Assembly: GCA_963840035.1 (NCBI GenBank) | Contig: CAWIXE010000001.1 | Coordinates: forward strand, 288,001 to 352,000 | DNA length: 64,000 nucleotides | From: a candidate division FCPU426 bacterium | GTDB taxonomy: Bacteria; Oederibacteriota; PGYV01; Palsa-1178 | Direction: 5' to 3' | Shown: piece by piece, positions 57,821 to 64,000 of the stretch | Layout of the letters: each line of letters begins with the position of its first letter | Position numbering within the stretch: position 1 is the first letter of the stretch | The notes under the pieces: generated by a model | Told to the model about the DNA's origin: nothing | Databases searched by the model: none | The model's input: the letters and a program-made list of their open reading frames with translations, nothing else | Made by a program: the position numbers and the translations under genes

Positions 57821-59791
57821 ATGTTGAAAAAGTTCATGTTTTCCGCGGTATTCATATGCTTTTTAAGCGGCTTTTCGTTTGCCGGCGCCGAGCTTGTCGG
57901 CACAACAAGCGAAAATTTCAGCAAGATACCCCCTTTTGCCAGGGCCGCGGCCATGGGTGAGGCTTTTACGGCCGTGTCCGACGGCACATACGGACTTTAT
58001 TACAACCCCGCCGGTATGACCCTTATATCGGGTTATGAGGCGCAGCTAACGCATATAGCCTGGTTCCAGGACATTAATTATGAATTCTTATCTCTTGTCG
58101 CGCCTTTTCCCATGATGGACTTTGGGAAGATAGGCCTTGCGCTCGCGTGGTTCCGCGTGGACGAGCTTACAAAAACATCCGCTCTTGCTTCATACGACCC
58201 GGCATACCTTGACACTGTTGACTACTCCCAGTTCACGGAAAAATTTTCCCCATTTGACCTTTCAGTCACCCTTGCCTACGCCCTGGACCTCAAGGAAAAC
58301 TTTTCGGCCGGCGCTTCGCTTAAATACACCTCGCAGTTCATAGACAAATTCAACGGCTCCAACATTACCGCCGAGATAGGCTTCCTGTACCGCGTGATAT
58401 CATACGGCAATTACCTCCGCCTGGGAATTGATATGACCAACCTGGGCTCTGACTTAAAGCTGCACGACATAGGTTTTGAGCCGCCGAAACTTTTAAAGGT
58501 CGGCCTCTCAGACCAGCTGCAGATATGGAACGGCACCATGTTAATCGCGGCGCAGGCGGTCCTACCCGCGGATTACGCGCCGGTTTATTCCATAGGATTT
58601 GAATACTGGCTTTTTGACATGGTGGCTCTGCGCTTCGGTTATAAGACAGGCGGCTTTGACCACCCCACCTTTGGCGCCGGTTTCCGGTATAATAATTTTG
58701 AAATTGATTACGCTTACATACGTTACGATGAGCTCGGCAACACGCACAGGTTTTCCCTTCTTTACAGCTGGGGCTCGCCCGCGGTAAAGCTTAAAGTTAC
58801 CCCGGCCCTTTTCTCGCCCAATAAGGATAACTTCCTTGATACTGTTTCATTCATACCCGTGTTAAAAAACCCGGAGAAGCTCAAGGCCCTTAAGCTTTCC
58901 ATATTCGGCGGCGATAAGGAAACCGCGCTTGCCTCATTTAATCTCCAGGATAAGGCGGCTAAGTCTGTGCCGTGGGGCGGAAACACTAAAGCGGGAGTCC
59001 TCCCTGACGCTGTTTACCAGGCCTCCATCACCGCCGAGTATGATAACGGCACCTCCGAATCAAACCGTGTCTCAGTTGAGATAGACAACACGCCGCCGGT
59101 AACAAAAGTGGACGGCGACCCGAAGCTGTTAAAACCCGGGCAAAAAGACTCGCTCATCATACCCGCCACATTCACTTTCTTCGCGCAAGACAGGAATAAG
59201 GTTTCGAAGTGGCAGTTTGTAATATGGGATTACGATAAAAAAGTGTTTTACTCCACACAGGGCAGCGGCGAACCTCCGCTCTCCATAATATGGGACGGCA
59301 AAAGCAACGACGGCTCATACGTAAAAACAGGCGAAGTTTATCATTACAGCCTTATCGCCTATGATACCGTGGGCAACCGCGGGCAGACAGCGATACAGTC
59401 AGTGGTTGTGCTCTTAAAGGAAATAAAGCTTACCTTCGCCTCAGACGCGCTTTTTGACCTTGGCGAGGCGGACGTTAAGATCTCCGCATACTCTGTCTTA
59501 AAAGATATGAAAAAGACCATAGACGCGCACCCTGATTCGGAAATAGTTGTCGCCGGATATACGGATAACATACAGCCCAGGGGCATAAAGTATAAGGACA
59601 ACACCGAACTTTCAAAAGCGAGGGCCGACGCTGTCAAGTTCTTCATGGTAAACCTTCTTGAATACGATGAAAAAAGGATCAAGACCGAGGGTTACGGGGA
59701 GCTTATGCCCATTGCCGATAATAACACGGAAGAAGGCAGGCTGAAAAACCGCAGGGTGGATATCATCATACGCAGTACCATTTATAAATAA
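57821..59791 (+). CDS. PorV/PorQ-like barrel fused to FlgD-Ig-like domains and OmpA
   Basis: ARAAAMGEAFTAV..YYNPAG, FSPNKDNFLD, WDGK, GYTDN, NTELSKARA and NRRVDI motifs. Confidence 0.85.
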   Translation: MLKKFMFSAVFICFLSGFSFAGAELVGTTSENFSKIPPFARAAAMGEAFTAVSDGTYGLYYNPAGMTLISGYEAQLTHIAWFQDINYEFLSLVAPFPMMDFGKIGLALAWFRVDELTKTSALASYDPAYLDTVDYSQFTEKFSPFDLSVTLAYALDLKENFSAGASLKYTSQFIDKFNGSNITAEIGFLYRVISYGNYLRLGIDMTNLGSDLKLHDIGFEPPKLLKVGLSDQLQIWNGTMLIAAQAVLPADYAPVYSIGFEYWLFDMVALRFGYKTGGFDHPTFGAGFRYNNFEIDYAYIRYDELGNTHRFSLLYSWGSPAVKLKVTPALFSPNKDNFLDTVSFIPVLKNPEKLKALKLSIFGGDKETALASFNLQDKAAKSVPWGGNTKAGVLPDAVYQASITAEYDNGTSESNRVSVEIDNTPPVTKVDGDPKLLKPGQKDSLIIPATFTFFAQDRNKVSKWQFVIWDYDKKVFYSTQGSGEPPLSIIWDGKSNDGSYVKTGEVYHYSLIAYDTVGNRGQTAIQSVVVLLKEIKLTFASDALFDLGEADVKISAYSVLKDMKKTIDAHPDSEIVVAGYTDNIQPRGIKYKDNTELSKARADAVKFFMVNLLEYDEKRIKTEGYGELMPIADNNTEEGRLKNRRVDIIIRSTIYK

Positions 59792-59888
59792 GTTGTGCTT
59801 GTTCCAGAAATCCCTCTCTCATCTCCCTTTCTAAAACAAAGGGAGACGATTACGGTACTTGTATTTATCGTTGAGGCGGATGGACCTG

Positions 59889-60089
59889 CGGCGGCGGGAG
59901 TGGCTGGTATTTTTTTGATATAACTTTGGCTCAAACTTCCGCTGCAAGTAGACTCCCGGAAATCTCTCCGGCCCGGTTGAATACCCGCAAAGTAATCCCT
60001 GAACCTCCCGCGTGTCATATTATTATTTTCCGGACAACCTCGCCAAATTTGACATATTATCAAAAAAATAGCGGACGCTCACGCCGCCG
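59889..60089. mobile_element. MITE-like 200 bp element, copy 3 (more diverged)
   Basis: Same TIRs and internal blocks (ggctcaaact, caaagtaa, tgaacctc, aacctcgcc). Confidence 0.7.
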
Positions 60090-60148
60090 TGTGGGTTTTG
60101 GTTTGAAATTTGGAGATGTTTGAATGGTATTGATTTAATCACTGGAAC

Positions 60149-60583
60149 TTATTTCTTCTTTTTCTTTCCTGTTTGTTTCTTTTCTGTTTTCTTTTCCGGT
60201 GTGGGCTTGTATTGCTTGTTCAGGGCTTCCATCTTTGCCGCTGTCTCGTCGCTCATGTGGTGTTCCATTCCGCAGGATTCCTCTTTTGCTTTTTCCGGGT
60301 CGGATTTTAAGACGTTTGTGAGGAATTCAAATAACGCCTTGTTCTTTGCCAGTATTTTTTCCGCGATGGACTTTCCGGCCTCGGTTAATGTTATAAAGCC
60401 GTAGCGTTCGTGGGTTATGAGCTCGTTTTTCTTCAGGTATGTGACTGCCGCCACCACGCTGGCTTTTTTTACGTTTAAGTGCCTGCCTATGTCTGAAACT
60501 CTCGCTACTTTGCTTTTGTTTTCAAGCTGGAGAATTGTTTTTATATAATCTTCCATTGCCGCTGAAAGATTTACATCCTGCAT
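60149..60583 (-). CDS. DtxR/MntR-family metal-dependent regulator
   Basis: MEDYIKTI, ITLTEAG and MEHHMS motifs. Confidence 0.9.
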   Translation of the reverse strand: MQDVNLSAAMEDYIKTILQLENKSKVARVSDIGRHLNVKKASVVAAVTYLKKNELITHERYGFITLTEAGKSIAEKILAKNKALFEFLTNVLKSDPEKAKEESCGMEHHMSDETAAKMEALNKQYKPTPEKKTEKKQTGKKKKK

Positions 60584-60605
60584 CGAACACCGCCCTTAAC
60601 TTCTA

Positions 60606-60654
60606 AGTTATATCTGCCTAACAAATATTGTAATACTCAAACAAAAAATGTCAA
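60606..60654 (-). promoter_or_regulatory. Promoter and probable autoregulatory box of the DtxR/MntR gene
   Basis: TTGACA-16-TACAAT followed by imperfect palindrome GTTAGGCAGATATAAC. Confidence 0.6.
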
Positions 60655-60724
60655 TAGTATTTACTTGCATAAATTCATTTTGTTTGTTTTTTGATTTTTT
60701 AACTTGACATTTAGTCCTGCTTTT

Positions 60725-62437
60725 TTATGCGGCTTTTTTATTTTTCACGATGATATATATATTGACGCATATTATTACGGCGCACCAGGCCGCTATTATG
60801 CCGGGCCTTATTTTTCCGGCATCCCATAGCTGCGGGAATATCCACGATATGTCAGACCGCGCTGCCTGGGATAAAAATTTCATGACCCAGTTTACGCCGT
60901 TCCCTTTGTTCCACCTGAACCACGGTACCAGAAGGATTATGTACGTCATAAACAGCCCCCAGCATGCCGCAGCCTTAAAAACCGCTTTTTCAATCTTCCC
61001 TTTTGCCTCTTTATAAACCGCCGCGATAAAGAGCGAGAATATGAATATTACCGCCACCATGAACCGCGAAGATGCGCCGCCGCCGCCGTTCCATACGACC
61101 CACGAGGAAACAAGCGCGTAGTAAGGCACTATTAAAAGCAGCGTGTAATAGAATACCTTTTTGCTTTCCCTGTATAAAAACCAGGCGCCGACTAAGAAAA
61201 GCATGTACACGGGCGTGTAAAAGAAAAGCCCGAACTCCTGGTCCAGAAGCGTCCCCAAAAACCCGTTTATGCCCGTTAAAAACTGCTTTGATATATCCGC
61301 AGCCTGCTGGGTCTGCCTCGGTATCAGCTGCCTGAAATGGGCGTAATTAAAGGAAAACAGGGCCGCCAGGGAAATGGCCTGAAAAAGGAGGAAAAATGCG
61401 GTTTCCTTTATCCTGGCGCGGTTCTCCCAGACAAAGATGGCTGCCAGAAACGCCCACAAAAATCCGTTGCGGACATGCGCCCACGGCGCCAAAGCCAGGA
61501 TAATCGAGGCAAAAACAGGGTGCTGCTTTTTATACAATATCATGTAGAAAGCCGAAACCACGATAAGCCCGCTTAAGGATTCGGCGCATATCTGGTTTGC
61601 GTACATTATCACAGGCATGGAAAGCCCTGTAATGAGCGCCGTATGCGCGGCAATCCTGTTATCCTTAAAAACAGCCGCGACCAGCAGGAATATTATTGCC
61701 ATATAAAGCGCCGTAACAAAGTCTGTTAATAATGTCGCGCCGAATCTGCCTGCTGCAAGGTAAAAAGGCTGTATGATGAATGATATCAGCATGGGGTGGT
61801 ACGGATAAAGTTTCCCGGAGACTTCTATCTCCTGCGGCGCGAGTTCTTTGTCATAAAACCCCAGGTAGTCCCTGTTTTCATAATTATTTTTCAAGTCTAT
61901 GTCCCTGTCATGGATCATGCTGTGCGCCGCAAGCAAGTAAACAGGCTCGTCGCCGGTCGGCTGGTTGGCGTAGTTAAACCACAGGGTCACGCCGAAATAA
62001 AAAACCATGAAGAAAGTAAAAATGGAAATAAACAATTTTTTTTCCGTGGTTTTCATGTAATCCGCGGACTTATTTACCATGAAAATAACCTGGCCGGCTA
62101 GGACAGCGATAAAAGTGGCGTATGACGCGCCGAGTAAAAGTTCAAACTTCCTCAGAGTAAAATTATGCGGGTCCGGAAAAACAACTTTCATGACAACGGG
62201 CGCAAGGAAAAGTATTAAAAATGAAAATGTTGCCGGCGAAAGCTTTTTAAAAATTTTGAAAAACCCTTCCTTGGTCCAGCATCTGACGCCTGCAGCTGCC
62301 AGCGATAAAAAAATATATACTGCCGCCGGGAGAATATAAACCGGATATATGAACCCTCCGGGATTGTTCAGCGCGAATGCTTTCATGTAAACAATATAAC
62401 TTATGACAAAACATATGTTTGCCGCAAGCGCGAGCAT
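60725..62437 (-). CDS. GT-C-fold membrane glycosyltransferase-like protein
   Basis: TGDEPVYL..D.DIDL.NNY, GLFFYTP and SRF motifs; many TMs. Confidence 0.75.
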   Translation of the reverse strand: MLALAANICFVISYIVYMKAFALNNPGGFIYPVYILPAAVYIFLSLAAAGVRCWTKEGFFKIFKKLSPATFSFLILFLAPVVMKVVFPDPHNFTLRKFELLLGASYATFIAVLAGQVIFMVNKSADYMKTTEKKLFISIFTFFMVFYFGVTLWFNYANQPTGDEPVYLLAAHSMIHDRDIDLKNNYENRDYLGFYDKELAPQEIEVSGKLYPYHPMLISFIIQPFYLAAGRFGATLLTDFVTALYMAIIFLLVAAVFKDNRIAAHTALITGLSMPVIMYANQICAESLSGLIVVSAFYMILYKKQHPVFASIILALAPWAHVRNGFLWAFLAAIFVWENRARIKETAFFLLFQAISLAALFSFNYAHFRQLIPRQTQQAADISKQFLTGINGFLGTLLDQEFGLFFYTPVYMLFLVGAWFLYRESKKVFYYTLLLIVPYYALVSSWVVWNGGGGASSRFMVAVIFIFSLFIAAVYKEAKGKIEKAVFKAAACWGLFMTYIILLVPWFRWNKGNGVNWVMKFLSQAARSDISWIFPQLWDAGKIRPGIIAAWCAVIICVNIYIIVKNKKAA

Positions 62438-62439
62438 CG

Positions 62440-64000
62440 CTATTTTAACTCCAGCAAAAATATATCATCAGCATAAAAACTTTCCTTCTTTGATACCTTA
62501 TAATACCTGCTGACCCACGGCAGTTTATTTATGTCAGGCGGCTCCCCTGAATCATAATTTGAATTCCATATATTTCCTATCGGCAGCCATATTTCTTTCA
62601 TGCCTATCTTGTTGTCCCTGACAAACCATACCCTCCTGTATTTCCCCGGGAGACCCATGGCGTCCTGTGAAGTCAGCGTGTTTTTGTCAAAACCCGCGTA
62701 TATATCCATCCCGAATTTCTTCAGCAGCACTTCATTCTTGAAGGCCCTCCACATGTCCCTTATTTTAAACCTCAGCCCGCTGCCTTTAAATTCAGGTATT
62801 TCGCCCATGAGCCTGTTGGATATTTTAGTGTTGCTCATGTACCTGCTGTAGAATTCAAATGACGAGTATGAAGCCATGAAGCTGTGGACAATGACGTCCC
62901 CTTCCCTGAAATTTTCAGCTACCTGCGTGTACTGCTTTTTATAATCCGCTTTCTGGTATTTTTCCACAAAATAATAATTGTATAAAGCCAGCGAGTATAT
63001 CCCGAACATGACTGTCATGGCCAGTGTTTTACCCTGCATAGACATATATGATATCCCTATGGAAAGCAGCACGATGATAAGAGCTGAAACAAGTATGAAC
63101 GTCCTTTCCGAGTATATGGACTTCCCGGTCAGAACCGATATGATCCACGGAAACAACATGAACCCGGCCGAGACCCAGAATATTATGCCTGTTATTTTTA
63201 TGGATTTTTGCCTGTAAGTAAACGCGCCTATTATGACAAGGTAAAGGGCCGCGACAAGGGCTATGACCGTGAAAATACCCCAGTCAAAAGTCATGCCGAA
63301 GAGGTAATTTTTCATGGAATAAAACGGGGCTAAAAACATCTGCATGTTGTGGTAGTATGACTCCGCGGAAGAGGCTTTAAGCAGGAACATGAACATCGGC
63401 AGGAGAAAAACGGCTATTACTGCCTGCGCTTTAAGCCACAGGTTGAGCCTTATCTCCTCCCTGTATCCTATTATAAGCACTCCATTCATCACCAAAAGCA
63501 GTATGACGGCAAAAGCGTGCGTATATATTCCCAGCACGCTCCAGAATACGAAAGGCCCCGCCATGAAGGAATTGTATTTTATCGACATCAGGAAGTAGTA
63601 CATCATGAGCATGGATACCACCAGGAACATGGTATAATTTCTGGCTTCCTGCGCGTAATATATCTGATACGGGTTCAGGCAGAAAAGCGCCGTGGCAATC
63701 AGGCTCGTCTCCTCGCTAAAAAACGCCCTCACAAATCTGTAGAAAACAAACATGGAAATGACGCCGAAAACAAACGGCAGGAACCTTAAACTGAGCTCGC
63801 TGTACCCGAAGATGCCGCAGAAAATATGCTCAAGCATGTAAAACATTGGCGGATGCATGTCCTTGGCAAAAACGTCCCAGAAGACCATGATCAGGTCCTT
63901 ATTTGCGGCAAACCGCGCCGTGCAGAACTCGTCTATCCAGACAGACTGGCCGCCCAATTTAAAGAACCTTAAAAATATTCCAATTGCGAATATGATTATG
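62440..64000 (-). CDS. GT39/PMT-like glycosyltransferase; 5' end beyond the window
   Basis: LRFFKLGGQSVWIDE, HPPMFY, SLRF and YAQEARNY motifs; frame open to the window edge. Confidence 0.85.
   Translation of the reverse strand, partial: IIIFAIGIFLRFFKLGGQSVWIDEFCTARFAANKDLIMVFWDVFAKDMHPPMFYMLEHIFCGIFGYSELSLRFLPFVFGVISMFVFYRFVRAFFSEETSLIATALFCLNPYQIYYAQEARNYTMFLVVSMLMMYYFLMSIKYNSFMAGPFVFWSVLGIYTHAFAVILLLVMNGVLIIGYREEIRLNLWLKAQAVIAVFLLPMFMFLLKASSAESYYHNMQMFLAPFYSMKNYLFGMTFDWGIFTVIALVAALYLVIIGAFTYRQKSIKITGIIFWVSAGFMLFPWIISVLTGKSIYSERTFILVSALIIVLLSIGISYMSMQGKTLAMTVMFGIYSLALYNYYFVEKYQKADYKKQYTQVAENFREGDVIVHSFMASYSSFEFYSRYMSNTKISNRLMGEIPEFKGSGLRFKIRDMWRAFKNEVLLKKFGMDIYAGFDKNTLTSQDAMGLPGKYRRVWFVRDNKIGMKEIWLPIGNIWNSNYDSGEPPDINKLPWVSRYYKVSKKESFYADDIFLLELK

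Overview
A 64 kb chromosomal window from a diderm bacterium. The gene style (PorV-like barrels, FlgD-Ig and Thr-Pro linkers) suggests a candidate phylum such as Ca. Goldbacteria, but this is inference only. Most genes are on the minus strand. Housekeeping genes: DEAD-box helicase, uvrB, HU, QueH and a tRNA thiouridylase-like protein. Operons: an Rrf2-led sulfur amino-acid cluster (metY, cysK, metX, metW), two tandem MarR-led RND efflux operons, and a plus-strand minor-pilin cluster with a very large pilin and an O-antigen-ligase/TPR protein. Also present are two PorV-like/Ig/OmpA fusions, a DtxR/MntR regulator and two GT-C glycosyltransferases. An AT-rich accessory region (about 51.5-57.7 kb) holds two orphan RHS C-terminal/immunity pairs and a 2.77 kb insertion sequence. 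That IS appears to encode two complete DDE transposases, one made by a -1 frameshift, inside a single pair of inverted repeats, and it joins a truncated pcrA/uvrD to a truncated RHS gene. Intergenic DNA is crowded with several repeat families: heptamer-periodic mirrored arrays, GTAG-type REPs, CCCTCTCC hairpins and a 200 bp MITE-like element. One candidate structured RNA lies upstream of the sulfur operon. No rRNA, tRNA or CRISPR array was found. All calls come from reading motifs; no database searches were run.
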